NCBI GenBank assembly: GCA_043228905.1
Contig: JBHGNT010000002.1
Location: 744,001 to 808,000, forward strand
Length of the DNA stretch: 64,000 nt
Reading direction: 5' to 3'
From: Azolla caroliniana
Taxonomy: Eukaryota > Plantae > Polypodiophyta
The number at the start of each line of letters is the position of its first letter. The first letter of the stretch is position 1. This document shows, piece by piece, positions 25,537-40,200 of the stretch. The notes below the pieces were generated by a model. The model saw only the letters and a program-made list of their open reading frames with translations. It did no database searches and was not told the origin of the DNA. A program made the translations under genes and the position numbers.

Positions 25537-28168
25537 ATGAACCGTCGGTCGGACGTCTGTAGGGATTTCGTGAGAGGAAGGTAAGCCAAACTCAAGCTTC
25601 ACAAAATACGTGTCTTTACAATCTACTCGTACGAAGCTCTATCAAAGCTTCTAATTCTGTTTCTTGATACGTAATACCGTTTTCCTTAGCTTTTTTTCAT
25701 TTACTACCACTAAAGGTTTTTTTCTTTCTTTCCTTTGCTGGAAAGGAAAATAAATGTATATAGAGTATCGAAATGTAAATTACCATTGAAAAAAATCCGA
25801 TTCTTATTGATTTGTTCTTATACATTTTTGTCATTTTTCTTACTCACGATTTCCTCAAAGTGCTATGGAGTATAGGTTTTTATTTATTTTCCTTACCATT
25901 TGTGGTTTACTATCTGCCCGAAGTCCCACGTGAGTCATGTTTCTTTGCTTTCCTTGGCTGTATTCGTTGTAAGAAACTTTTGAAAAATCAATTGCATTGA
26001 AGGATCTGCCATTCCTTGATACGATAGTTTTGCTCAGAGTTCATTTGATGACCAGGCAAAATGTGTCTCAATTTTCTCTCTGCTTAGCTGTACTTAGACC
26101 AAAAATCTATAAAACGTTGAAACTTTAACTGCCTTCCAGGAGCTAAGAATCAAATCCTTTGCTTGAATAGCTCCTATCATCTGCAGTTTCTTAATTTAGA
26201 TAGCTTTCGGGGTAGTTTTATACAATTCCTTTGCAGATGAAAATGATTTGACACTAGAAGAAAATCATGAAAAGAAACAAATATTCAAATCCATAATAAA
26301 TCAGAGTTGATCTGGTTGTTACATGAATCGTCAGATACTGGTACTGTGTTTTAGATCCAAGTATCAAAGTCCCTCTGGAAGAACTATTATTAGTCTTCAG
26401 TTACTGATTTTAATTAGCTTCCATATTAACATTACATGAATCTGAAGTGGAAAGTGGATGACGATACGGATGCCAATGATTTCTAAGAAGAGGAAGAATC
26501 AGGTGGTTCTGCTAAGGAAGAAGAAGAAGACGATGGCGATGATGTCAAGGAGGAAGAGGAAGTGAAAAGATCAAAATAGAAGGCTCTTCATCTGACATTA
26601 TAATAGTTCTAGTTCTTTGTCTTGCCTTGTTTATTTGTTGTTTTGTTAATTGAGACTCAAAGGAACAAGAATTTGAAAATTTTCACTGCTGATTGATGTA
26701 AAACTGTTGTTTTCTATTAAGTATATGGATTTTTAATGTGTTAGTATATTTAAGGTCACTATAGATTAAGGTATTAATAAAAAAGAAAAATGTATCTTCA
26801 ACCATCTAAACTCATAGATTCTTAAGATGTGCAAATGTGCCACATCTTATGCGTCTCTCTTAAGTTGTGTTTGAACTTAGGCATACTTATCCTACTTGTA
26901 AACAGCTAAAATGTTGTGATCACATTGATTGACATTTTCTTTCTTCTTACATGGTGTATGATCAGAAGTACATTCATAAAACATTGTTAATTCTACGTTT
27001 ATTTACTAGATTCGTTTGAAATATGAATCATAAATATTTGACATCTTAACATTGATTTACTAGTTTTGATTGAAATTTGAGAACATAAGAGATATTGGTG
27101 TTTCAGTTGTCGATTTGGTGCAAGATGTAAGTTTATTCATGACACCTCCCAACAACAGCGACAACAGCCAAGCAGTCCTTTTGGATTTGGTCTGAAGAAT
27201 CAGGGGCCACAACAGGTTTTAACTGCTGTTTATTGTCTTGTACTTTGCAAAAGATTGCTGAATGATTTTTATGCAAATTCTCTATATTAGAGAAAAACTC
27301 TGCAATACCCACTGAGTTTGCTCTGGAATAAATGCCCTCACTAATTTGACAACACAATTGCTCAAGTAGCACATACATTGCTTATTTGGGGGTTGACCGA
27401 AGGCATTTTGGAAATAAAGAAAAAATTCAGTGGCACTAAGTCAGGGGTATTTTGGAACTTTTCTTGTGATTGTTTTTTCTACACACATTCTTTGTGCCAC
27501 ACATAATCATTTCTTTATCATTATAGTCCAATAAAGGCGGAAACAATTATGCTGCTCTATCTTCTCAAAAACAGCAGTCCCAAGGCCAGGTGAAAGAGCA
27601 TAGGTTTGTTCTTGTCCAATTAATAAGTCAGAAATGGTTTATATGTTAAATATGGACTCCTCATTTTGTGATGTTGTAATTTTAGCTTGTACAATTAATA
27701 TGAGCCATTCATATTTCTTTCTACAAAAGTGCTTCCATGACCCTCAGGTGCACCGATCCTAGAGAATGCAAATTACAAATTAAGGAAGATCTTGAAAATG
27801 AAAGACCAATGTATTGGAGGCTTACTAGCTATGCCCATGGGAAATAGTATGTATTTTTTCTTTAAACATTATTATCTATGTGCTAGTTTCCAGAATCGTA
27901 ATTCATTCTTGATATTAATGAATTTATGGTTTTTAATACAAATAAAATACGGTCATGTAAAAGAAAATGGTCGATTTGGCATTTCCAGTCTACCGAATGA
28001 TATTGCTGGGGATGTAAGCTTTGAGGAGCTACGTGGTTATGCATATGATGCTGGAAAACAAGGGATGCCTCTTCAGGGTCTGGTGTGTAATGAATACACG
28101 CTCTTTAGCTTTTTAAATATGTATTTCATCATACTGTAACCTAGAGACTAGGAATATGATATATATAA

Positions 28169-28200
<32 letters not shown>

Positions 28201-31200
28201 TCTCACATCGCTCTATTTATCACAAAATAAAATAGTTGTCTCTCTTAATAAGTTTAGTAATCTATTATGGTTAACAAATGCTGAACCCACATTGTTCGCA
28301 TGAGATTGATGGAGAGCTAGACTTCATGCATCCATCACATATTGTTAACCTGCTGACAGCCGACTGCTGTGGTCGACAAACACAATAGGTTGAATGTTCA
28401 ACTCTGAACGTTCGATCAAGAAGGTTGTGGTGGAGAGATGGGTAAGTCGACAGTAATCTTACACTCAGAGAATAAGTGTACAGAGCTTAGTTATTACGAT
28501 TACTCTATGATGACCTCGACACCCTTGTCATCAACAGATAACCCACATTGTTCGCATGAGATTGATGGAGAGCTAGACTTCATGCATCCATCACATATTG
28601 CTAACCTGCTGACAGCCGACTGCTGTAGTCGACAGACACAATAGGTTGAACGTTCGACTCTGAGTGTTCGATCAAGAAGATTGTGGTGGAGAGATGGGTG
28701 TCGACACTAATCTTACACTCAGAGAATAAGTGTACAGAGCTTAGTTATTACGATTACTCTAAGACGACCTTGACACCCTTGTCATCGACAGATAAAAGCG
28801 ATTATCTCCCGCCATTGTAGGTGCTTCCCTCGTTTTGGAGACATTTCCATTCTGGATTGACCTATGCTAGAGATCTTTTGAAGACAAAAGCTACAATATA
28901 TCTAACTTGAGAATCTCACATGTGCCGAAAACCAGATTCCCTCGTCTCTTTTCATCGTATGTACTTTTATATTTACAGCGTATTATTTACTTATTTTTTT
29001 GATTTGTTGTTCTCAAAGACGAGACAACACTTAAGATGTAATCTCTTGTTTGGTCTTATAGGCCATTTTGGCCTCTTAAAAGACGTTAATATATCTTTCT
29101 TTCTTTCTACACTTATGATCGACTATTAGATGTAATATAACTTGTGCAGCAGAGACTGTAGTTGAACATAAGACACAGAGAAAGTTAGAAAAATACGACA
29201 CTGTGTAATTGACACAACAAATACTCTAACGACTAAACTTATATTAATCCGCAATTACAGTGCTCTCGGTCACCTTTTTATAGGTGATCCGAGAGTCTCT
29301 CTCTAGGATTACACTTGCCTTGTTCGGCAAGAACCTACAGTTATAACAAAACCAGTCTATTTCCTAAATTACTATATCTTTTATACTCGACTAAAGTTAC
29401 ATTTTGAATTCTGCCCTTTCATACTGTCCGACTCCGACTCCGACTTATTGACCTTTGTCCCTTGGGTAGACGACCGGCTAACACATGCCCTTTTAGCACA
29501 CTATTGCAAGTTCTAGCCTTACAAATTTACCACAAGATAATAAGTTTAGCTATTTATGATGGTTGACAAACACTGAATCCATATTGTTCGCATGAGATAA
29601 GTAGAGAGCTAGTATTGCATGCATTCACCACATATGCCCTTTTCGCACACTACTGCAAGTTCTGTGTCACAAGTGAGCACAATCCTCAGAGTAGTAGGAG
29701 AATTGTGGATTTAGGAAATGACTATGATTTTGGGGGCCTGCAAGGAGTGGTACAACCAAGCATATAGAGTATGTTTGTTTCAATTTCATATATTTTAGAT
29801 GTCAATACCTGTTGCTCAAAAAACTCTAGATGCTCTACTACATGGGCATTGAGAAATATCTTGAGAGAGGAGGATTTGTAAAGTGCCTATCTTTTGTGTA
29901 ATTTCCAACCTTGGAAAATGCTATAGCGAAATACCAATGAACGAACATCCAAAGAGTATGCATGAAGTATATCCAAATTTTCAAATATGTTACAGTTGAG
30001 ACATTACACATGTACTAAATAAACATGTTTCCGATAAGGTTTAAAAAAAATTGTCGGGAACTATTCCTTTTCATTACAGTTAACACTGCATGTCACTGGT
30101 CTGCAACTTGATGATACGAATACTTTCCAGAATACTATTTGTTATTATAAGAGCCCTGGTTCAGATCCCATCTTCTATGCATCAAAATTTATTTTCATCT
30201 TTCACGCGCGCAATAATTGATAACATTATCCCATTATTGTTATAGGATATCCATGCAGGTAGCAACCATTGTTTATGTCTTTCAACATAATGTGTAAATA
30301 AATGTGGGCCAAAAATCATGATTCACATGTAACCAACTATAGACAAAATGTGGCATAACTTGTACAGTTAATTATTTTTCAAGAAAGCATCCTCCATTTC
30401 ACTTTTAGTACTGGTAAGGATTGTGTTAAACATTGGTAAAAATTATATTCTGTAGCTGCTATGCATCAACATATTTTAACTATTTGTTGATTTTTTCGAA
30501 ATTATTTTTTATAACAGATTCAAAATGAAAGAAACATGGCTGCTGCAAAGAGTACGGAGTTTGAAGCTCTCCTTAAGAACCCCTATACAGGTCCGGTAAC
30601 TTCGGGTAGTAAAATTGCATCCTTTGCAACTGCACATTCAATAGATGCTACAAAAATGACATTTGGAGCTTCCACATCATTTGCAAATGCATCCCCAAAT
30701 ATTCCAAAGATGACCTTTGGAACTGCCACATCATTTGCAAATACATCCACAAATGCTCCAAAGATGACCTTTGGAACCACTGCACCCTTTGGTGCATCAA
30801 TATTTCCTTCAGGTCCTTCACAAGAACCCACTCAATCCAGGCATGTTCAGTGTTTTATAACATTTTTTCAAGCTAGAAATTGGAATTATTTAAGGAAGAA
30901 CTTTGGAATACCCCCAAGTTTTTCATTATTTCCCCAAATATCCCTAAAATTTTCAGGAAATGTCAGAATAAAATGCGCTATTTGGGCAATTATAAGATAC
31001 TTTTCTCAATTACATAAGAAATTGATCAAATAGCACATATAATGGAAACTTAAGGACATTTCAGATTTTTTCCCATATTTTACTATGGTTTTCCATTGTG
31101 TTTGCCTGTTTTCAAACTGCTTGCATGTTCAGTGTTTTATAACATTTTTTCAAGCTAGAAATTGGAATTATTTAAGGAAGAACTCTGGAATACCCCCAAG

Positions 31201-34200
31201 TTTTTCAGAAAATGTCAGAATTAAATGTGCTATTTGGGCAATTATAAGATACTTTTCTCAATTACATAAGAAATTGATCAAATAGCACATATAATGGAAA
31301 CTTAAGGGCATTTCAGCTTTTTTCCCATATTTTACTATGGTTTTCCATTGTGTTTGCCTGTTTTCAAACTGCTTGCCCCATAGAACTTAAGAAGGAAAAA
31401 AAGAACATGAACTGGTAAAGCTGTAGTTTACAGAAATATTTAAAACCAAACATTGCGTAGGAGAAAGAAGTCATGCTATGTTTATGTTTGCATAAAAATT
31501 GTGAGAAAACTGTTATGAACCGTTGTAAGATGCCAAAGAGGTTAGCAACAACTTAGCAATAAGCTAAAACAAGAACTATATTTCTTCCTGAGGCTCAAAG
31601 CCTTCAAATACAAAAATGAGAGTGGGTTTTGTAACCTATGAATTTATGAAAGTGGATAAAATATTCCTAGGTACATGATTCAGCTTTTGTAGATGAAATG
31701 GAAACTGAATCTTGTTTATTGGATTTCCAAGAAATCAAACCCAAGCCAAACTTCTTGTGTCTGCATCTCCTATCCAATCAGCATTGGAGTAACCAATTAA
31801 CTGAATGCATCCTGTGAATGGAAGGCCATAGTCATCCATGCCTGCTTAGTACCAGAGAACATGAATGGCTGCTTGCCAATGAACTTGGCATGGAGCATTT
31901 GAAAACTGTTTGAGAGCAGTCACACAGTTGGACACATCAGGTCTTGTATAGGTAAGATGAATGAGTGACCCAATCAGCCTCCTGTACTTTGTATGATCTT
32001 GAAAGAGAGGTGATCTTCACAAACAAGCTTGGTTTGTGGATCCATAAGACAAGATAGAGATTTGCAATCAATCATGTCATAGGTTTCAAGAAGTTGTCGA
32101 AGATACCTATGCTGGCTGAGAAATATGCCTCCGTGTGATTGATAGACCTCCATGCTCAAGAAGTAATGGAGAAGTCCTACATCTGTATTTTCAAATGTCA
32201 CTTTTAACTCATTGTGAAGCTACTCTATCTTGGCTTCAAAAGAAGCTGTAATTAGTAAGTCATCTACATATAGAATAACTAGACACATCAAGTCATCTTG
32301 AGAAAGTACATAGAGATTGTTGTCAAAACTTTGTTTGAATCCAAATGAAATAAAGAAAGAATTGATCTTGTCATATCATGCCTTTGTAGCTTGTTTAAGG
32401 CTTTCTTCAGCCTGTAAAACATACCTTGGATCAGGTTGTCTGGGAGGAGTTGAATGAGCTTCCATGTTTAACCGTTGAACGTTTAACATTGAAGGTTTGG
32501 ACTCTGCCCATACAATCTGGACTAGACTCCAGGAATTGTATACCCAAAAGAGTGCAACTAGTAAAGTTTATTGGCTGAAAAACCTTATGGATTTGCACTT
32601 AAAAGAGGGCACAGTCATGTCAACTCGCTTGAGTGAGTTTACTCCTACTTTCAGCCAGTTGGTTGCCTTGAAATTCGTTATTGATGATGAGTTTAAGGCC
32701 ACACTTTTATTTTGCACCAAAGAGTTGGGATAGCTTTAGGATTGCCACGAGCAATTTAAATGCTATGCTTTTGTACGCCAAGGTAGAGAGTTGTGTACTC
32801 ATGGAAGAGATGAATCGGCAGAACAATGCCATCCATTAAGTCTAGTGCTTTGCATACTAGGGGCAGGTCACAACAGAGAGGCAAATCTGATAACAAAGGC
32901 TGTAGTAAATCACGTGATAAAGATGTAGAATGCCATCATTGTGGCAAGTTTGGTCACTTTAAACGTGACTGATACAAATGGAAGTAAGAGAAAGGGCAAG
33001 AAGATAGATGATAGCAAAGAAGAGATGAAAGAGAGTCAACCTAATAAAAGCAGTGTTGAATTTGAAGAGCTGCATGTAGTCACTCATGACAGTGATAGTG
33101 GGAATGTTATTCTCTTCCGCTCTTCATACTATAATGCATATGCATTACGTGTAGATATGAATGGTGACAAGCACACTTGGATTCTCGATTCAGGTGCTTC
33201 TTTTCATGTATCTAGTGCGAGTGACCATGTTGTTATTGTTAACGAGCCACCAAGTTCTTCTTTGTGGCATGGCTGGTTGGGACACATGAGTTAAACTGGA
33301 GAGTAAGTGATTTCTTGTTTGGTTACTTGCCTTGTCTTTATGGATCAAATAACGCAATTTGTTACTCTCCAAAAGGAACTAGTTTCATTTGAAAGCAAGT
33401 CAACCGAAGTTGAGTTTGTGCATCGTCTAATGATGAAGTTGCCTGAGTCATTCTCAGCCTTTTGTGACACAATTTCTCTTCTTCCCAACACACCTGATAT
33501 CACACCTGATATGAATACATTTCTTGGCATGCTACAAGACAGGGCAACAAGAAAGAAAATTACTCAAACTTCCAATGAGATGCATCTATATGTGAAAAGT
33601 AAAGGCAAGTGGAAGCAAAATGGCAACTTCTACAACAAAACCAATCCAAGACCACCAAACAACCCAGCCTACAAGGAGCTCACTTGTCATTATTGTGGCT
33701 GCAAATGTCACATTTAGCCCGACTGTCAGAAAAAGAAAAGGGACAATGCCAAGAAGTCTTCTTCCATTGAAAGTCAATCTACACCAAAATCAAACTTGGC
33801 CCACGCAGCCAAAGAAACAGTTTTCCTGGGCATTGAGGAACATACTTCACATTTGGCTGGACCAACTACCTCAACCATTGATGACTGGTTAGTAGACATT
33901 TTGTGCCACTGCACACATGACTTATGACAAATCTATTTTGCATGATATGAAGCCTAGCTCCTACCAAATCTCCATAGGAGATGCCTCAAGCATTGAGGCT
34001 TTGTGTGTGGGTAATGTGTCTCTTAACACTTCTTCAAATGACGAACCTGCCGTTCTTCAAGATGTGCTACATGTGCCTCGCATATTTGCCAACTTACTTT
34101 TGGTCTACCGAATCACTAAGCAAGGTTATGGAATCCACTTTGATAGCTGAATTTTGGAAGTCACTGACACCAACAGCCTACAAATTGTAGCTAGCAGCAT

Positions 34201-37200
34201 ACAAGGAGGTTTATATCGCCTGAAAAGCTCCCATAGCCCCATGGAAAAATCCAAATCTCATCTTCTTCAAGGCTCTCATTGCCTTGGTGGCACAAGAAGA
34301 TCCCACGTTGTGGCATGCTAGGTTCGGTCATCTCAACTATGGTTCTCGTCAAAAGCTCTCCTCTCCACACTTCAAAAGCTCTCCTCTTCACAATTGGGTA
34401 AGGGTCTTCCTATTTTCAAAACCCCCTATACCTCGGCGTACAAAAGCATAGCATTTAAATTGGAAAGCAACGTTGAGAGCCTTTCCCTCATGAAGCCACT
34501 CACCATGCAACATCTATCTTGGAGTTAGTGCACATGGATCTTTGTGGTCCCATGAAAACCACTACTCTTGGTGGTGCACGCTACTTCATGCTTATCATTG
34601 ATGATTTCTCCCGTAAGGTTGGGGTTTATTTTCTTGTAGAGAAATCTTAAGCCTTCACCAAATTTCAAGAATGGGTAGCTCTTGTCGAGAACGAGACGTC
34701 AAAGAAAGTTCGAAAGATCAGGTCCGACAATGGTGGAGAGTTTATCTCCCAAGCTTTCCACCGTTTTTGCTCTCAATGAGGCATTGCTCGCCAATTTTCT
34801 ACACCCAATACTCAACAAAATGGATTTGTGGAGAGGAAGAACCAGAAAGTCCAAGAGATGGCTCATACAATGCTTTCTCAATTTGATCTTCCTCTCTCGT
34901 TTTGGGGTGACGCTGTCAACACAACAGTCTACATCATCAATTGCTGCCCAACAAAAGTAGTTGCTGCGGTGACCCCTGCAGAAGCATTTAGAAGTGTAAA
35001 GCCCTTAGTTTCTCATTTTAAAGTCTTTGGTTGTGATGCTTATGTTCACATTTTAGATCATAAAAGGACTAAAATTGAGTCCAAAACCAAGAAATGCAAG
35101 TTTCTTCATTACAACCCACAATCTAAAGCCTGCAGGTTATGGCATTTAGAATCAAAGACCCTAGTCATCTCTAGGGATGTTCATTTTGTGGAGTCTAAGC
35201 TGGATGACTTTAGGCTTTCACCCGAGTTCACGGTTGAATCCTAGTTGCTCGGGAATCTCCTATTTCAAATGAAGACGTGTCACCTTCAAGTCCCCTATCT
35301 CCTCCTTCTGAACCTCTAACTTTGCCAACAATTCAAACCTCTCTCTCAACTCCAATCGTTTCCCCTCCCTCTACACACCAACTTCCACCACTTCCAAGTG
35401 GCTTCAAGCCACCATTCATGATTCTCATCTCTCCGATGTTGAACTACATCTGGATCTCTGACCAACACGAAAAGAACACGTAGGTCACAACGACCCATTC
35501 ACTCGTGCAACTTTGCATTATTGTGCATTGTTGTGCAATCTCAAGAACCCACAACAACAAAAGAGGCCCCTGTTCTTCCGAAGTGGAAAGCAGCAATGGA
35601 AGTTGAACCTAATTCCATTGAGCAAAATCATATATTGGAGCTAGTTGTTTGGCCTGAACATAGGCAAGTCATTGGATTGAAATGGATTTTCAAGACCAAG
35701 TACCATGCAGATAGGTCTATGTGCTCTTTGGCCAAAAAAATCAGGCTGAGGATATGGAGACTTCACTGCTCTGATACCATGTGAGAAAAGTTGTTAATAG
35801 CAGCAGCGGAAGAGTTAGAACAAAATAGACACAACCAAGCTGTGAGAAGGCTGTTAGACAACAGTAGAAAAAATGGTTGCAAAGAGTAGAGACACAACCA
35901 AGGAATAGAGCTTGTTTTTAAGTAGCAAAATAGAAAATAATCTTATTACAAAAGAGGCTGGTATAAGCCTATTTATACAAAATTGGGAATGGTTGTTTGG
36001 TAGTTAAGAGACTCTTGTACTACCAAACAGGTACAATAAACTAGGAATAAAAAGGGAATATCTTAGAAAAAGTGGAAGAGACAAAAGGCATTTAAAGCAT
36101 TGCAGATTCTAGAGAGAGAAGGCATTTAAAGAGTTGCAAATTCTAGAGAGAGAAGAATCTGGGAAGAGAGAGAATGTAGTACAGAGATAATAAAGATGAA
36201 AGAGAGTGCAGGCCTGGAGCTGCCACCCTCCAACACTAGTTTAGCTTTGTCATCCCAAATTTGTCATATAAGAAAGCTCTCTTTGTCAGCTTTCTTACGA
36301 ATCTTTTCTTTTGAAATTTGGATATGAGATGAAGAAGTTATAAGCTTTTTTCTTTGCCTTGCTTTCGCTGCCTTTTTTCTGCATCTTTTTTTCTTTTATT
36401 TTTCCTGGTTTGTCTTCTTTTGAAAAACGCCTGTAACTTAATATCCCTTCAATGTCCTTCGTCTTTTAACTTTTGAACCTTTCATGGCGTGCTTTATTCT
36501 TATACACCTTAGCATTTGATGTATTTGCCATGGTCTTTTCTTACGAGCAAAAATTGACTTCACAATGTTGAATAGCCTCTAGGTTTCGAGATTTCAGAGC
36601 AGAAAAACATGGTCTATAGGTTACACAAAGCCTTGTATGGCTTAAAGCAAGGTCCTAAAGATTGGCATGACAATCTCTTTTTTTTTCCCATGATAATTTG
36701 CTATGCTTGATCATATTATATGTTGACGACCTTCTAATTATAGGGTTCCTTGCTTCTAAAATCGAGGAGCTCCACGCTTACCTCAAAACAACATTTGAAA
36801 TGATTGATTTTGGACTTCTCCATTCTTTCATAGGTATGGATGTCTATCAAACACATGTTGGTGTCTTCCTCAACCAACATAGGTATCTCAGGCAGCTCCT
36901 TGAGACCTATAGTATGTCAAATTGTAGGCCACTCTCTTGTCCAATGGATAAACTCAAAGCTATCTCGTGAAGACAATTCTCCCATATTTGAAGATATCAC
37001 GAAATATAGAAGGTTAATTGGGTCTCTTCTTCACTTAATTTACACCAGGCTTGATTTGTCCTATAATGTGAGTATTCTTAGCCAATTCTCAAGTGATCCA
37101 AGACAAAGTCATTGGCAAGCAGCTATTCGAGTTCTTAGGTATTTGGCCAACACACTCAACTATGGCCTCTCTTTTAAAGGCGGCATTGAGCGTATTGGCT

Positions 37201-40200
37201 ACTTGGACGTGGATTCGGTAGGTGATATTGATTCTAGAAGGTCCACATCTAGCTATTGTTTTATGTTAGGTTCAGGCATGATTTCTTGGAAATCAAAGAA
37301 GCAAAACTCAGTTTCTACTTCATCGACGGAAGCGGAATATCGAGCCTACTTGGATACTTGCTGTGAGTTGTTATGGTTAATGCAATTATTTTATCACATT
37401 GGTGTTCTGCAAGACTCTCCTATTACAATTTTTATTAACAGCCAAAGTCCCCGTGCCTTGGCACATAGCTCAACATTTCATGGTATAACAAAACATATTG
37501 AAGTGCACTACCATTTTGTTTGTGAATTAGTGAAATTACAAGTCATCAATTTGGCATATTGTCTTGCTCAAGAAAATTTGGCTAATTTATTTAGTAAGCC
37601 ACTTTCAAGGCAAGCCATTGATCAACTCCTTGGTTGACTCAATGTTGGACCGCCGTTCTAGAGCTGAGAGGAGGTGTTGGAGGGTGGCAGCTCTAGACCT
37701 GCGCTCTCTTTCATCTTTATTATCTCTCTTCTACATTCTCTCTCTTCCTAGATTCTTCTCTCGAATCTGCAATGCTTAAATGCCTTATATGGATATACAT
37801 CTATTAGATGCACTGCGTAGTGTGATAGGGCAGCTGCGAACTTCATCACATCAGCTAGAGATTGAGGTAGGCAGATATATAGGAACACCTCTAGAAGAAA
37901 GAATTTGCCAATTGTGTCATCAAGGAGTGGAATCCAAAGAATATTAGTTGATGTGATGAAGTTCGTAGTGTCTTTTCTGAAATCAGAGGGAGATACCATT
38001 GCCTCTTTAAACAAGACTTTGGTCTGCTATGCAAGGTAATAGAATATGAGGACCAACGGTGCCTAAGACTTTTCTTGCTAGAACTCAAGAGACATAGGGA
38101 AAAGTTGTTGAAGGACAATAATACAACCACACATTTCATCCACAAAAGACAATCACAACTTTCTTTAGCCCCATCACTCCTATTAATGCTATGAGTCAAT
38201 CAAGGGATACACAAATAGGCTCCCGACCAGGAGAGAACAAAGGGGTTACAATAGATCGGGCAATAGCAATTTGTCATGCATGTAGGCCCCGGCCCCATGG
38301 ACCATGACCGCAACACCCTTGTCATTGACAGGTAAAGGCCATTATCTCCTGCCATTGCAAGTGCTTCCCTCGCTTCAGAGACCTCTCCATTTTGGATTGA
38401 CCTATGCTAGAGATCTTTATGAAGACAAAAGTTACAATATGTCTAACCAGATTCCCTCGTCAGTTTTTATCTCTTGTTTGGTCTTATAGGCCATTTTGGC
38501 CTCTTAAAAGACGTTAATATTCTTTCTCTTTTCCACTTTTTCCAACATATTCCCATGTTCCCCAATTTTATAAAGACTTTATTTTTGCTGCTACTTGCAA
38601 AGAAGCTCTAGTCTTTGGCTGTGTCTCTACTCTTTGCAACTATTTTTGCAACTGCTGTCAAACACCCTTCTCACAGCTTGGTTGTGTCTATTTTTTGTTC
38701 TAGCAACAGTTCCACTGCTGCTATTAACAACTTTTCTCACACCTCCTTTGTAGGACAATGGTTGATGATATAGACAACTCTATGGAAAACTTCACCCCAA
38801 AAGCTGAAGGGAAATTTAGATCAAGCCATTTCTTTTTACTACATTTTGTTGATAGTTGACGACAAAAATTGACACACTATACCTCTTTGTGAAAAAAATT
38901 ACCGAAGGCATGTAGAATAAGCTTAGATCTGTTTTTCTGAACCTTTTTGAAACCTAGAGAATGCTTTAGTTTTGGCTTAAAACAAGTTAACCCAAAGTTT
39001 GCACGAGAAATCATCAATTATAAGCATGGCATATCGTGCAACTCTGAGGGGTAAGTGTTGCATTGGACCACATAAATCCATATGCACAATGAGTACCTTG
39101 AAAGGGAAAAGGTTCGCAGTGGTGATATTTGAGACATTGAAATGAGGATGTCCATGCACCATTTGGGATGAGAGAGCTTTTGAAGAGATTCGTAGTTGAG
39201 GTGCTCAAAGCATGTATGCCAGAACTGAGGATCTTATTGAGTTACGAAGGCATAACTTCCATGAAGAAGTTATAGTAGATGAGACTCGGAGAATGATAGT
39301 GGGCTTGTGGAGCTGTAAATACTATACAAACCAGCTTCCTTTTTGCCACTAGCAACAATTTGTAGGTTGTTGACGTTAATCACCTCCAAGTTAGAGTTAT
39401 CAAGATATACACCATAACTTTATTTTGAACAATAGTTTGTTGTTGACTAGAATAACTCAAATAATACATTACCTATGGATGAGTTGTGCAACCACTATCC
39501 ACAATCCAATCATCAAGATAGGATGTGTTTTGGTTAGTCATTGAGGAGAAATTCATGCCTAATAAAACTGTTTCTTTTGTAGTATAATTGCTGTTAGAAA
39601 TAAGTGTGAGCTTGGGGTTGGTTTAGGCTGCTGTTGACATTAGCCCTTTTCTTTTTCTGGCAATGGAGTTGGATGTGGCCATTATAACCACAGTAGTGAC
39701 ATGTAAGCTCTTTGTTTGTTGGTTCTGATGAAAACTTACTGTTATTAAGAGAGGCATTCCATTTGGCTTTGACCTTAACATGGAGAAGAGTCTCTAAAGA
39801 ACGTGAAGTGCTAGTTCACCTTGTATCCTATCGTGTGACATCCCTACAAAGATATTCAAAGAGGGAGTAGTGGGAAGAAGGGAAATAGTGTCACAAAATG
39901 CCTTGAAATATTCTGGAAACTTGGACATCAAGTGATGCACAAGTGCTTCTTCAGTGGCCTTTCTTCCCAAGGAAACTAACTGTGTGATCTCATCCATAAT
40001 ATTAGGGCCATTAGAAACTTGAAGATTACCTAATTGGTTCTCCAAAGTGATCATTTGAGCCAAGAGTCTATTGCATCTTGTGTGGGTGTTGAAGATGAAA
40101 CAATAGAGGTAGCCTTAGCCTTAAGATTAGGCTCCGGTATTGCAATAAGGTTATCATGTGCAATTCCCAATGTAGATGGTTGGTTCCATCTAGAATAGTA

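Larger units (their letters stand above)
33300..38741 (+). mobile_element. Degenerate Copia element (gag-PR-INT-RT-RH plus 3' LTR) with internal insertions
   Basis: Knuckle CHYCGCKCH, integrase (VHMDLCGPM, DNGGEF, QQNGFVERKN), RT/RNaseH (YVDDLLI, SWKSKKQ, TKHIEVHYHF), PPT GCTGAGAGGAGG (~37662-37674) and a 3' LTR TGTTGG...CTCACA at 37675-38741. Confidence 0.85.
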
